DNA of 64,000 bases from NCBI GenBank assembly GCA_902594875.1, contig CACJNU010000001.1, forward strand, positions 57,468 to 121,467, read 5' to 3'. Under the pieces are notes generated by a model. That model worked only from the letters and a program-made list of their open reading frames with translations. It was not told the DNA's origin and did not search any database. This DNA is from an uncultured Prochlorococcus sp. GTDB taxonomy: Bacteria; Cyanobacteriota; Cyanobacteriia; PCC-6307; Cyanobiaceae. The position numbers and the translations under genes are program-made. Below, in pieces: positions 52,381 to 62,264 of this stretch (the first letter of the stretch is position 1; the number at the start of each line of letters is the position of its first letter).

Positions 52381-54603
52381 TTATGTTAATTCTAAATCAA
52401 TTTGATATTTAAGAATATCGACTTTTATTATTTTTACTTCTATTGCATCTCCAACTTTATATGATTTTTTAGATTTTCTTCCAATCAATAGATTTTGCCT
52501 TGACCTGTATTCATACCAATCATTGTTAAGGGTGCTTACGTGTACTAAACCCTCTACATTTAGTTCTGATATCTCAACAAAGAAACCATATGTTTGGACT
52601 GATAAAATAAACCCACTATAAATATTACCTAGTAATTTTTCTGCTTTTCTTACTTTTTTTATAGTTATCATATTAGATTTAAATTGGTTAACTTTGTACT
52701 TGTATTCATTAAGTTTATCTATCACAAACTTGTTAAATAATATTTCTAGATTTTTTGAAATTAATGAATTAAATATATCCCAATTTACTAGGTCTAATGA
52801 ATTACTTTCCGATATATTGATTGCATCAATATTATTTTTCTTTGATTTCTTACCATTTATTATCATATTAAAAATACAGTACTGATTAATAAGATTAGTG
52901 AAGTCAAATCCAGGAATTGTCCATGGAGAAATAAATAATTTTTCTGATTCATCATTATCAGGATCTTTAGAAATCAACATTATTTCATTGTCCTTAAATT
53001 CATTAATTAGAAGTTTATGTAAGATTCTTTTTTTATTATCGTCGTCACATAATTTAATTACTTGACTAAATGTCAAATTGCCATCTTCATTAAGCTCTAT
53101 ATCATTATCAATAAATTCTGAATATTTGATAATTTCATTAGCATTAACGTAATCTATTCCATTTGAGATGTATCCTGCACTTTTTATGCCATATTGATTT
53201 GAATGTTTGTACCATATTAAATTAGCTTCATATAGTATTGGTGAAAGGTAAGTTTGGCAATCTTCTTTATTTAATGATTCAAAATATCCTTTTGAATATT
53301 CAACTGGATTGTGAATAAAAAATTCTTCTAGTGCTTCAATCTTATTCAATGGCGCTGGAATTTCCACCTTACCCTCCAAAAGATGGTTTTCTCTGAATGA
53401 ACATGAAATTTCTAGTATTTTGTCTAGATCGTTGACATATTCCTTTATAGGTTTTAATACCCGAGAGGTTATTCTTGATTTGCTTTTTCTAGATAGAAGC
53501 GCGTCAGTATGATCACTTCCAACAATAAGAGTGCATTTTACTAAAGTAATATGAAATGACCAATCAATTATTTCATTATCACTATTTAAATTGATACAGA
53601 GGCTTATTGCTTCATTCTTTTCACCAAATTTAAATTCAGAATCATTTCTTATGTCTTCACCAAGGTAGTTTTGCCAATCATTTAATAATGGTAATGATTC
53701 AAAGCCTTTGAATAATATTTCTAGAGATTTTTTACTATTTAAATCTACTCTTTCTGCGAGATTATTTGTATGTATCCATAATTTAGTATTTTTATTTTTT
53801 CCCTGCTCTATTTGAATCATTGGGAGCATTGGAGAATTTTTTGAATTCCAACTTTTGAATAAATAAGAGTTTTTATCTGTAAGGTCTATCCTCTCCCTTT
53901 GCTCTGTTTTTTTTGATTCAATATGATTTAAATCGTATGATTTATCGATATTGCTTTTAGATAAAACGAAGTCTGTATCATAGTCTTCATTCTTGTTTAG
54001 ATTTAGTTCTTTTATCACATGACCTAATCCTTCTTCTTGACCTATGGGGAATCTATCAATCTCAACTTTTACTATATTCTTATCGTCTGGATTGAAAGTG
54101 TATTTTTCATTATCTTTTGGAAGTTTAATTTTAGAAAGGATCCTATCGTCTATTGGAATTGCATATACATCTTTGTTTATTATTTCTACTTTAGAAAGAA
54201 GTATTTGATTTGATCTCTCAAGAATACAATCAACTATTCCTTCCGGTGATCTTCTTCTATATCCCTCTTTTATTATCCTTACTAAAACTTTATCTCCATT
54301 CCATGCATGGTTAAGTAGATTTTCTTTAATGTAGATATCTTCTTTGTCTTTTCCTCTTACAGCAAAGCAATAGCCTTTGCTACTACATCTTATTTTGGCG
54401 ACAAGATGATCATTATTCTTTATGCAAGTATATTCATCATTTTCATTTTTATTAATTATTTCAAGTGTTTCTAGAGCTGTTAAAGCAATATTTAACTTAT
54501 CCTTATCAGATTTCTTTGTTATTTTTAATAATCTGCATAATTTTTTATACCCTAACCCATCTGACTGATTAAGATTATCAATTATTGAAGATGATGTGAG
54601 CAT
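52381..54603 (-). CDS. RNase R/II (RNB) family protein, Zam-like; catalytic motif degenerate
   Basis: N-terminal HTH, cold-shock domain (KGYCFA, HAWNGDKV), RNB-like core and S1 domain (YGFFVEI..VEGLVHVS). Confidence 0.85.
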   Translation of the reverse strand: MLTSSSIIDNLNQSDGLGYKKLCRLLKITKKSDKDKLNIALTALETLEIINKNENDEYTCIKNNDHLVAKIRCSSKGYCFAVRGKDKEDIYIKENLLNHAWNGDKVLVRIIKEGYRRRSPEGIVDCILERSNQILLSKVEIINKDVYAIPIDDRILSKIKLPKDNEKYTFNPDDKNIVKVEIDRFPIGQEEGLGHVIKELNLNKNEDYDTDFVLSKSNIDKSYDLNHIESKKTEQRERIDLTDKNSYLFKSWNSKNSPMLPMIQIEQGKNKNTKLWIHTNNLAERVDLNSKKSLEILFKGFESLPLLNDWQNYLGEDIRNDSEFKFGEKNEAISLCINLNSDNEIIDWSFHITLVKCTLIVGSDHTDALLSRKSKSRITSRVLKPIKEYVNDLDKILEISCSFRENHLLEGKVEIPAPLNKIEALEEFFIHNPVEYSKGYFESLNKEDCQTYLSPILYEANLIWYKHSNQYGIKSAGYISNGIDYVNANEIIKYSEFIDNDIELNEDGNLTFSQVIKLCDDDNKKRILHKLLINEFKDNEIMLISKDPDNDESEKLFISPWTIPGFDFTNLINQYCIFNMIINGKKSKKNNIDAINISESNSLDLVNWDIFNSLISKNLEILFNKFVIDKLNEYKYKVNQFKSNMITIKKVRKAEKLLGNIYSGFILSVQTYGFFVEISELNVEGLVHVSTLNNDWYEYRSRQNLLIGRKSKKSYKVGDAIEVKIIKVDILKYQIDLELT

Positions 54604-54673
54604 GATCTAAATGAATTTATAAATCAATTTAGGGGTATATACTTCATTATTACACCTTATTATCCAAGATTAA

Positions 54674-54985
54674 CTAATTATTTTCTTTCTCTTCTTTTTC
54701 TTCTTGTTCGATGTTGAAAGAGTTGATAAAAAGCCTTATACCAATAATGAAAAATGTAATGGACGCTATTGACTTAAGAACTACTTCGGGTAAAAAACTT
54801 GAAATAGAACCACCTGTTAAAGCTCCTAGCAAACTTGCAAAAACAAGTGCTGAAGAAGATCCTAGAAAAACTGCTAATGGTTTATTTGAAGTGCCACTTA
54901 TAGTTAAAGTAGCTAGTTGGGTTTTGTCACCTAATTCAGCTATGAAAACAGTTAGAAATGTTGATAGTAATAAACTTAAAACCAT
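54674..54985 (-). CDS. UPF0016/GDT1 half-size transporter subunit
   Basis: Single ELGDKTQ motif; 3 TMs. Confidence 0.92.
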   Translation of the reverse strand: MVLSLLLSTFLTVFIAELGDKTQLATLTISGTSNKPLAVFLGSSSALVFASLLGALTGGSISSFLPEVVLKSIASITFFIIGIRLFINSFNIEQEEKEEKENN

Positions 54986-55312
54986 TTAAAAATAATTTTT
55001 GAACGTTTCATAAGCTAAAAATATACTTATCAATATCATTAAAGTACCAGTAGATAAAGCAAATTTGCTAGGAGATATTTTTTTTGATACCCATTTCCCA
55101 ATAAGAACTCCTACTATGCTAGAGCTTATTAATGCTAGAGAACTTCCAATAAAAACAACTATTGGCCTGCCCGATTCAGCAGAAAGCATTAATGTGGCTA
55201 TCTGAGTTTTATCGCCAAGTTCAGCAATAAAAATTGTTGTAAAAGTCGTTATAAATATTGAAAAAAAACTTTTTTCTAGATTGTTTTCTTTTTTTTCTAA
55301 TTTACTATTCAT
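54986..55312 (-). CDS. UPF0016/GDT1 half-size transporter subunit
   Basis: Single ELGDKTQ motif; 3 TMs; abuts its partner gene. Confidence 0.92.
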   Translation of the reverse strand: MNSKLEKKENNLEKSFFSIFITTFTTIFIAELGDKTQIATLMLSAESGRPIVVFIGSSLALISSSIVGVLIGKWVSKKISPSKFALSTGTLMILISIFLAYETFKNYF

Positions 55313-55656
55313 TTTCCTGAGACAGCAATTCTAAAAGTTTTCATCTCTTTACTTTGGTATCCATAATTTGATGAAATATGTTGTTTGCAGCAATCTATTA
55401 AAAATTTATCTCCAGATTTCAAATATCCTTTAAATGAAGTTGAAAATTCACTTACCCGGCAAAAATGTGGTCTGGTTTCATAAATTAAGCATTTTTTATT
55501 TTCTCTGTCTAGGTTTTTACACCAACCGTCTTTAGCCGTCATCGAATTTATCAAAGCTATATCGTCTTTGTTAAGTTTGTTAGCCAAATCGCTTCTTTCG
55601 TTCAAGTCGAATTTACAACAAGCTCCGCAATTTTCTATACATGTCCATGATTCCAT
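55309..55656 (-). CDS. YkgJ family cysteine-cluster protein
   Basis: CIENCGACC, GWCKNLD and CLIYETRPHFCR. Confidence 0.9.
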   Translation of the reverse strand: MESWTCIENCGACCKFDLNERSDLANKLNKDDIALINSMTAKDGWCKNLDRENKKCLIYETRPHFCRVSEFSTSFKGYLKSGDKFLIDCCKQHISSNYGYQSKEMKTFRIAVSGK

Positions 55657-55738
55657 AATTTAATTCAATCTTGTAACGTATCAGTACAGTTTCGTCATTT
55701 ATTTGTAAAAATAGTATCACAAAACATATTCATTAATC

Positions 55739-55816
55739 ATGGCAACACTTATTCCTTTGGCTGTAGTTGCGTTAGCAGGACCAGCAATAATTGCGCTTGT
55801 ATTTTACCGTAAATAA
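55739..55816 (+). CDS. psb30: Photosystem II subunit Psb30/Ycf12 (25 aa, MATLIPLAVVALAGPAIIALVFYRK)
   Basis: Hand translation; LAGPAII core and position divergent from YkgJ match ycf12 loci. Confidence 0.85.
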   Translation: MATLIPLAVVALAGPAIIALVFYRK

Positions 55817-55828
55817 AAGAAATTCTTT

Positions 55829-56593
55829 TTGGTGACTTATCTGGAAGGTGTTTATTGGGATTTAGATGGTACCATCGCAAACACTGAATTAGAGGCCCAT
55901 TTACCTGCTTTTAATAATGCTTTTAATGACCTTAGTATTGATTGGGATTGGGATACTAATACATATATAGAACTTCTGAAGATAAATGGGGGCAAAAATA
56001 GGATTGCTTATTACGCTAAATCTAATAATGATAATTTCTCAGAAGATTTAATTCTCAAAATTCATGAAACAAAGCAGTTTCATTATTTAGAAATTATAAA
56101 AAAAAAATGCGTTAGTTTAAAAACTGGTGTTTTTAGATTAATAAATGAATTACATACAAAAAAAGTAAGACAATTTATTGTTACTTCAAGTTCAAGAATT
56201 CAAGTAAATCTACTTGTTGATCATCTTTTTAATGGCTTCAATCCCTTTGAGTTCATTATTTCAAGTGAAGATGTTTCATTAAAAAAACCTAATCCATCTC
56301 CTTATTTAAAGGCAATTCAATTAAGTGGTATTAACCAGAATAACTCAATAGTTTTCGAAGACTCCAATCCAGGATTGAAATCTTCCCTAGCAGCTAACTT
56401 ACCTACAATTTTTGTTCCTTCTAATATACCAACTGTTCTTGAGGAAAATATTAAACTAGATTGTATTTTAGACAGTCTTGGTGATGAGAATAATGTGGCA
56501 AATGTAATTAAAGGCCCTAAACTAAAAAAATCATATGTTGACTATAGCTTTCTTTTTGATTATTTAGTTTCTTTTAATGATGCAAAAAACTAA
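55829..56593 (+). CDS. cbbY: CbbY-like HAD hydrolase
   Basis: WDLDGTIANTE, GGKNR, KKPNP and FEDSNPG. Confidence 0.88.
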   Translation: MVTYLEGVYWDLDGTIANTELEAHLPAFNNAFNDLSIDWDWDTNTYIELLKINGGKNRIAYYAKSNNDNFSEDLILKIHETKQFHYLEIIKKKCVSLKTGVFRLINELHTKKVRQFIVTSSSRIQVNLLVDHLFNGFNPFEFIISSEDVSLKKPNPSPYLKAIQLSGINQNNSIVFEDSNPGLKSSLAANLPTIFVPSNIPTVLEENIKLDCILDSLGDENNVANVIKGPKLKKSYVDYSFLFDYLVSFNDAKN

Positions 56594-56906
56594 TTTTTCA
56601 AGAATTACCTTCCAGTTAAATAATTTATTTTTTGGATTTCTAAGTGATACTTGGAGGACAAAATCTATTGGTTTAATTTCTGTTTTAACAGGTTATTTTT
56701 TGTTCGCAAATTTTATTACAAAATTTATATCTGAAGGTAAAAATGAGTTGATAATGGTCCCAATAATTATTATTTTTATTGAAATCATCATAAGAATTAA
56801 ACCTAACGCAAGTTCAAAATTTTATTATATGTGGACCGTATTTGATAAATTAAGAATTGGTGCAATTTATGCCGTTATACTTGAAGCCTTTAAATTAGGA
56901 TCTTAA
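56577..56906 (+). CDS. ycf20: Ycf20 / DUF565 family protein
   Basis: C-terminal LRIGAIYAVILEAFKLGS. Confidence 0.88.
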   Translation: MMQKTNFSRITFQLNNLFFGFLSDTWRTKSIGLISVLTGYFLFANFITKFISEGKNELIMVPIIIIFIEIIIRIKPNASSKFYYMWTVFDKLRIGAIYAVILEAFKLGS

Positions 56907-56909
56907 AAG

Positions 56910-57080
56910 CTACTCTTCTTCTTCTTCTTCAATAGGATAAACAAATCCTTGAGCTTTCCCAGTTAAAACTGATTTACCTAAAGATATAGCTTTTTGAGCT
57001 GCTAATGCTGCTTTTCCTTTCCAAACAGCGTGCCTTTGGTTCCTTTTGCTCTTTGATTTTTTCTTCTTTGGTACAGCCAT
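56910..57080 (-). CDS. rpmF: 50S ribosomal protein L32
   Basis: Hand translation [56 protein letters not shown]; missed by the ORF track. Confidence 0.97.
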   Translation of the reverse strand: MAVPKKKKSKSKRNQRHAVWKGKAALAAQKAISLGKSVLTGKAQGFVYPIEEEEEE

Positions 57081-57211
57081 TCTGTTTCTTTATTTCCATA
57101 TAATAATATAACCTTTAACTGGTTATCTCCAAAACTTTTGAGTATATTTTGTTTATATACGGCAATTTTTTAAATAAGCATATATGCTTTATTAATCACT
57201 TATAAAGATTA

Positions 57212-58966
57212 GTGTTTAGATCAAAATTCTCATATTCAGATTCTAAATCAAGTTATTCTGATCTTCTAGAAGATATAGAGACGGGGAAAATAGAATCAAT
57301 ATTTTTCTATCCAAGACAGAGAGAAATTGATGTTCTATATAAAAATGGCGATAAATTTAAAATACCTATCCTTTACAACGATCAATTAATCCTTGAAAAG
57401 GCTACTGAAAATAAGGTAGATCTTACTATAAACAATAGTAGAAAAGAAGCCTCAGCTGCTAATTCATTTGCTTCAATAAGCCTTTTCCTGATTTTCATAT
57501 TAGCTATAGTATTAATCTTGAGGAGTACATCAAAATTGGCTTCTAGAGCTTTTGGTTTTACCAAAAATCAAGCTAAATTTGTAACTATTGATGATGTAGA
57601 AACGAGATTCGATGATGTAGCTGGCGTCCCTGAAGCAGCTGAGGAATTAAAAGAGGTAATAACATTTTTGAAAGAACCTAAGAAATTTGAAAATCTTGGA
57701 GCAAAAGTTCCTAAGGGAGTTCTTCTAATAGGCCCACCAGGAACAGGTAAAACATTATTAGCTAAAGCAATTGCTGGTGAATCAGGAGTGCCTTTTCTCT
57801 CAATATCGGCATCAGAGTTTGTAGAACTTTTTGTTGGTGTTGGAGCAAGCCGAGTACGTGATCTATTCTCTAAGGCTAAGCAAAAATCTCCTTGTATAAT
57901 TTTCATAGATGAAATTGATTCCATTGGTAGGCAAAGAGGGTCTGGGATAGGAGGTGGGAATGATGAAAGAGAACAAACCCTTAATCAGCTTCTAACTGAA
58001 TTAGATGGTTTTGCTGATAATTCCGGGATTATTGTTTTAGCAGCAACAAATAGACCAGATATTTTGGATGCAGCATTATTAAGACCAGGTAGATTTGATA
58101 GGAAAATTGAAGTAATGCTTCCAGATTTAGATGGAAGAAAAAAAATTCTTTCAGTTCACTCACTTTCCAAACCACTTTCAAGCCAAGTTGACTTAGCATA
58201 TTGGGCTTCAAGAACAGTTGGATTTTCGGGAGCAGATCTTGCAAACTTGATGAACGAGAGTGCTATTCACTGTGCAAGAGACGAATCTAAATTAATAAGT
58301 GATTTTCATATAGAAAATGCTCTTGATAAAATTACCATTGGCTTGAGAAGCTCATTAATAACTTCTCCTAATATGAAAAAAATTATTGCTTATAATGAGG
58401 TGGGTAGAGCAATTGTATCTGCTGTGAGAAATGGAATTGAATCAGTTGATAAAATTACAATTTTACCTAGATCTGGATCTATAGGAGGATATACAAAAAT
58501 ATCTCCTGACGAAGATGTAATTTCTAGTGGATTGATTTCAAAAAAATTATTATTTTCAAAAATTGAAATTGCTCTAGCTGGAAGAGCAGCAGAAACAATA
58601 GTTTTTGGTGAAGGTGAAATTACACAATGCTCCATAAATAATATCTCTTATGCGACCAATATCGTAAGGGAAATGGTTACAAAATATGGATTTTCAATTA
58701 TTGGTCCAATTTCTATGGATTCTGATAATAATGAAATGTATTTAGGAGATGGTTTATTTAGAAGAAAGCCCCTCATAGCAGAAAATACCTGTTCTAAAAT
58801 AGATAATGAAATTATAAATATTTCTAAAATTTCATTAAATAATTCAATAAAAATATTGAAAAAAAATAGAGTCTTACTAGATAAATTAGTTGATATACTT
58901 TTAAATCAAGAAACTATAGATAAAGAAGTTTTTAAATTAACAACTTCTAAATTGTTGAAAGTTTGA
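57212..58966 (+). CDS. ftsH: FtsH-family AAA+ protein with degenerate M41 protease site
   Basis: [21 protein letters not shown] and [19 protein letters not shown] are intact. The HExxH position reads NEVGR. Confidence 0.92.
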   Translation: MFRSKFSYSDSKSSYSDLLEDIETGKIESIFFYPRQREIDVLYKNGDKFKIPILYNDQLILEKATENKVDLTINNSRKEASAANSFASISLFLIFILAIVLILRSTSKLASRAFGFTKNQAKFVTIDDVETRFDDVAGVPEAAEELKEVITFLKEPKKFENLGAKVPKGVLLIGPPGTGKTLLAKAIAGESGVPFLSISASEFVELFVGVGASRVRDLFSKAKQKSPCIIFIDEIDSIGRQRGSGIGGGNDEREQTLNQLLTELDGFADNSGIIVLAATNRPDILDAALLRPGRFDRKIEVMLPDLDGRKKILSVHSLSKPLSSQVDLAYWASRTVGFSGADLANLMNESAIHCARDESKLISDFHIENALDKITIGLRSSLITSPNMKKIIAYNEVGRAIVSAVRNGIESVDKITILPRSGSIGGYTKISPDEDVISSGLISKKLLFSKIEIALAGRAAETIVFGEGEITQCSINNISYATNIVREMVTKYGFSIIGPISMDSDNNEMYLGDGLFRRKPLIAENTCSKIDNEIINISKISLNNSIKILKKNRVLLDKLVDILLNQETIDKEVFKLTTSKLLKV

Positions 58967-58998
58967 TTTAATTGCTTTAAATTAAAAAAAATATATTC

Positions 58999-59751
58999 TT
59001 GATAATTAAAAACAACACAACAAATTTATTAGTTACACTTTTATTTTTACTTATTCTTCCATTTGTACAAAAACAATGGTTAAATTTGTATTCACTCAAT
59101 ATTAATGATATTTCCTTTTATTCAATCCTTTATTATTTGAGCGGTGCAATATGTCCATCTTTGGTGTATATAAACTCTTTAAAAAACTATACATACTATA
59201 ATTTTTCTAGGGACAAAATACATAATATAAAAATAATTAAAGGAAAAAGATTATTATTCTTAGTAGCAATAAATTTAATATTTCTCTCTTACTTAATAAC
59301 TGATTATATATATATAAATTTTGATCTTATATTTAAATTATTTCTTGAAGGAATTAATGTACCAAAACCTGATATTCCACAGTTAAGTTTTTTAATATTT
59401 TTAATTTCTATCCTATTAATATTTAAGAAATGTAGGTTTCTATTAAAAAATATAATATTGGTAAATTTTGTTTTGATTTCTCTCTATCTTTGGCATCTTC
59501 AAATTAATAATATTAGTGTTGATGTTCAGTTTTATATTTATAGATATTTTGGTTTAAATGACTTAAATTTAATTAATCTTTTTATCCTATTCGCCATAGA
59601 AATTTCTTTTTATACTTGGTCCTTTTTATCATATAAAACTAATTTGAGCGATTGGATTGTGCCCAAACCTCAAAAAGTGGATTTAATCCCCTTTTTGAAT
59701 ATATTTATTTTTTATTTTTTTATAATTATTTATTACTCAATTCTTACTTAA
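58999..59751 (+). CDS. Hypothetical multi-pass membrane protein
   Basis: About 7 hydrophobic helices; PFVQKQW and NLSDWIVP. Confidence 0.72.
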   Translation: MIIKNNTTNLLVTLLFLLILPFVQKQWLNLYSLNINDISFYSILYYLSGAICPSLVYINSLKNYTYYNFSRDKIHNIKIIKGKRLLFLVAINLIFLSYLITDYIYINFDLIFKLFLEGINVPKPDIPQLSFLIFLISILLIFKKCRFLLKNIILVNFVLISLYLWHLQINNISVDVQFYIYRYFGLNDLNLINLFILFAIEISFYTWSFLSYKTNLSDWIVPKPQKVDLIPFLNIFIFYFFIIIYYSILT

Positions 59752-59766
59752 ACGTTTTTGATTCTT

Positions 59767-60351
59767 CTAGAGCGCAGAAAAATATTCCTTACTACCTTTA
59801 GGGTCCTCTAACATTGTTTTCTCCCCTGGGGTCCAGTTTGCTGGACATACTTCATCGGGATTTGCCGCAACGTATTGATAACCTTGAAGAATCCTTAGCG
59901 TTTCATCAACATTTCTGCCTACAGGAGCCTTGTTAACAGTCGTATGCATAACTACTCCTTCAGGATTGATAAGAAATAAACCTCTATCAGCCTCCCCATC
60001 ATCATTCAGAACATTGTAAGCCTGGCAAATTTCTCTTTTTAAGTCAGAAACTAACGGATAGTTGATATCACCTATACCACCTTCATTTCTTGGGGTTTGT
60101 ATCCAAGCCAAATGACAGTGTTTGCTATCAACTGATACCCCAAGTATTTCCGTATTAAGTTTCGAGAAATCTTGGTATCTATCACTAAATGCAGTGATTT
60201 CAGTTGGACATACAAATGTAAAATCTAGTGGGTAAAAGAATAGAACAACCCATTTACCTCTTAGACCTGAAAGTGTAATCTCCTTAAACTCTTGATCATA
60301 TACTGCTGTAGCACTAAAGTCTGGTGCTTCTTGGCCAACTCTTAAGCTCAT
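59767..60351 (-). CDS. ahpC: 2-Cys peroxiredoxin (AhpC/TSA)
   Basis: [25 protein letters not shown] and the C-terminal YF motif. Confidence 0.96.
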   Translation of the reverse strand: MSLRVGQEAPDFSATAVYDQEFKEITLSGLRGKWVVLFFYPLDFTFVCPTEITAFSDRYQDFSKLNTEILGVSVDSKHCHLAWIQTPRNEGGIGDINYPLVSDLKREICQAYNVLNDDGEADRGLFLINPEGVVMHTTVNKAPVGRNVDETLRILQGYQYVAANPDEVCPANWTPGEKTMLEDPKGSKEYFSAL

Positions 60352-60654
60352 GAAAAAATTTGTCCTTATTTAATTTATGTATGGTCTGATTGACCGTAAT
60401 AAGTATTATAATTTTATTAATAATGAATTAGCAAGTTTTTTTTTAATTCAATGAAATGGCACTATTCCTTTACCAGGAAATTTACAATTTTGAATCACAA
60501 TAAACTTTTAAAAAATCTCAAAAAGGAGTTAATTAAATATCCCATTAACAGGCTTGACAAAAAAAATTCGAATTAAAAGAAATTTTATTTTATTTAAGAT
60601 TACTTAAAATTTAATTCTCTATAATTAAAGATATTCTTTTTAATATTTTTAATT

Positions 60655-60813
60655 ATGGCTAAATATATTGAAAGACTAAAAGAAAAAGTTAGAATAAAAA
60701 AATTTGATTCAAATCAGCCAATTGGAGCTTGGATATTCGTTGTAATTTTAAATATAGTTGGATTTGCGGGTTATTATTACCTAAAGGTAAATCATATACA
60801 ACTAGGTAGTTAA
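60655..60813 (+). CDS. Small single-TM protein (52 aa, MAKYIERLKEKVRIKKFDSNQPIGAWIFVVILNIVGFAGYYYLKVNHIQLGS)
   Basis: Translated by hand. Confidence 0.65.
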   Translation: MAKYIERLKEKVRIKKFDSNQPIGAWIFVVILNIVGFAGYYYLKVNHIQLGS

Positions 60814-60817
60814 AAAC

Positions 60818-61039
60818 TTATCTTATTTCTTTCTTAATTGAGCGACAAAAATTTTTTAGTCTTTCATTTCTCGTTAAGTCAGGTAAAGTCCAAATTGATT
60901 CTGTCTCAGGTAATGGATCTTTGCTCCATTCTTTGAATTCTTCCATTATCGAAGCATTATTTAATTTTGATGTATACTGTTTTCGTTTTTTTAAATATTT
61001 TCTTATCACTGTAAGATTTGCCTCAATATATTCCCTCAT
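60818..61039 (-). CDS. Hypothetical protein (73 aa)
   Basis: ORF track; contains FKEWS..PL..SIWTLP. Confidence 0.65.
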   Translation of the reverse strand: MREYIEANLTVIRKYLKKRKQYTSKLNNASIMEEFKEWSKDPLPETESIWTLPDLTRNERLKNFCRSIKKEIR

Positions 61040-61102
61040 AATAAGTACCTAGTCTTATATTAATTTATCATCTAGGAAGTTCTACTTTATAGAAAAGATT
61101 AA

Positions 61103-61273
61103 TTAGACATTTTGAACAGCTTGAAAAAGTCCAAACGAATAACCCCCTATTAGAATCCAGCCAAGTACGCTTGATATTATTGTAGATCTTCTATTATGTC
61201 TTCTTAAAGCTGATTCAATCATTTCATTAACTTCGTCTCTGTTAAGGTATTCATTCTTGTGGTTTTTTTTCAT
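61103..61273 (-). CDS. Small single-TM protein (56 aa, ...EVNEMIESALRRHNRRSTIISSVLGWILIGGYSFGLFQAVQNV)
   Basis: Translated by hand; amphipathic helix, HNR motif and one TM. Confidence 0.72.
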   Translation of the reverse strand: MKKNHKNEYLNRDEVNEMIESALRRHNRRSTIISSVLGWILIGGYSFGLFQAVQNV

Positions 61274-61458
61274 TTTTTTTCTTTTTACAATAAACGAATT
61301 TATAAGAAAGTGAGCTTAAGATATTTTCTCATAAGTTATAGTTTTATTTTTGATGATTTTATAAATATTTTTTATATTTAGCATAAATACATAATGAAAT
61401 TTTTAAAATTTTAAGATAAGGTATTTTAATTAAAGGATTAAAGTTTTTTATTCAAACA

Positions 61459-61635
61459 ATGAATATTAATGATATATCAGTTTTAGAAATGCTTAATAAA
61501 CTTATTGTTATTAATAGGCTAAATAAAAGTCAAATTCTTCAAATGGTTAACTTAGTTTCAATATCAAATGATATCAATGATTTAAAGGATAACTTGAGAT
61601 GGGAATGTCCTAAATCATTTCATCAAAATACTTAA
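61459..61635 (+). CDS. Small hypothetical protein (58 aa)
   Basis: Hand translation MNINDISVLEMLNKLIVINRLNKSQILQMVNLVSISNDINDLKDNLRWECPKSFHQNT. Confidence 0.55.
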   Translation: MNINDISVLEMLNKLIVINRLNKSQILQMVNLVSISNDINDLKDNLRWECPKSFHQNT

Positions 61636-61746
61636 AATACATAAACGCATTGTTTGATTATTATTAATTCTTGAAATTTACATAAGAGATACTTAATAGT
61701 TAATTGAATTAATTAAAAAATTTTATAAAAAATTTATATAAGCTAT

Positions 61747-61920
61747 TCAAATAAATTTTTGATAGTAATTTTTCTCGTAAGAAAATTGCTCTTGATTACT
61801 ATAATTCAGTGTTGTTTTCTTTTCCTTGCTAAATGATTTAATTAATATTGTAGAAGAGATTATTATTAATAGTATTATTAGTAAATCTCCAACAGTAATC
61901 CCTCTCTCCTTTAGATTCAT
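61747..61920 (-). CDS. Small protein with prepilin-like N-terminus (57 aa)
   Basis: Hand translation MNLKERGITVGDLLIILLIIISSTILIKSFSKEKKTTLNYSNQEQFSYEKNYYQKFI. Confidence 0.62.
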   Translation of the reverse strand: MNLKERGITVGDLLIILLIIISSTILIKSFSKEKKTTLNYSNQEQFSYEKNYYQKFI

Positions 61921-62084
61921 GATAAAACATATAGATTTTGTTTAAATATAGCCTTTATTATTTAATAAACTAATATTTTTTACAAACGTGCTAAAAACAC
62001 ATATGAAGGAAATATAAAAAGAATATAAAAATATTAAGACTATAACCTTTTAAGTCATATAAAAAAGAAAGATAAGTTTAATTT

Positions 62085-62264
62085 ATGGAAGTCAAAAAAA
62101 AAATTAATAGTTCTAACACTCCTTATTTTTTCTCTTCAGAAATGATTATCACAAAAAAATCACTTAACGAAAATCAACTCAAATTTACTTATCAAAAACA
62201 GTTAATCTCAGATTTAGATAATAAGCACAAGGAATGGTCGAAATCGATTAACAGAAAATTTTAA
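62085..62264 (+). CDS. Small hypothetical protein (59 aa)
   Basis: Hand translation MEVKKKINSSNTPYFFSSEM...KHKEWSKSINRKF; its stop overlaps the convergent ORF. Confidence 0.45.
   Translation: MEVKKKINSSNTPYFFSSEMIITKKSLNENQLKFTYQKQLISDLDNKHKEWSKSINRKF

Noticed and set aside
55672-55688. TGTA-N9-TACA between YkgJ and psb30 as an NtcA box
   Set aside because: The spacer is 9 nt, not the 8 nt required for NtcA.
56913-56930. (GAA)n repeat at the end of rpmF
   Set aside because: Encodes the ordinary acidic tail of picocyanobacterial L32.
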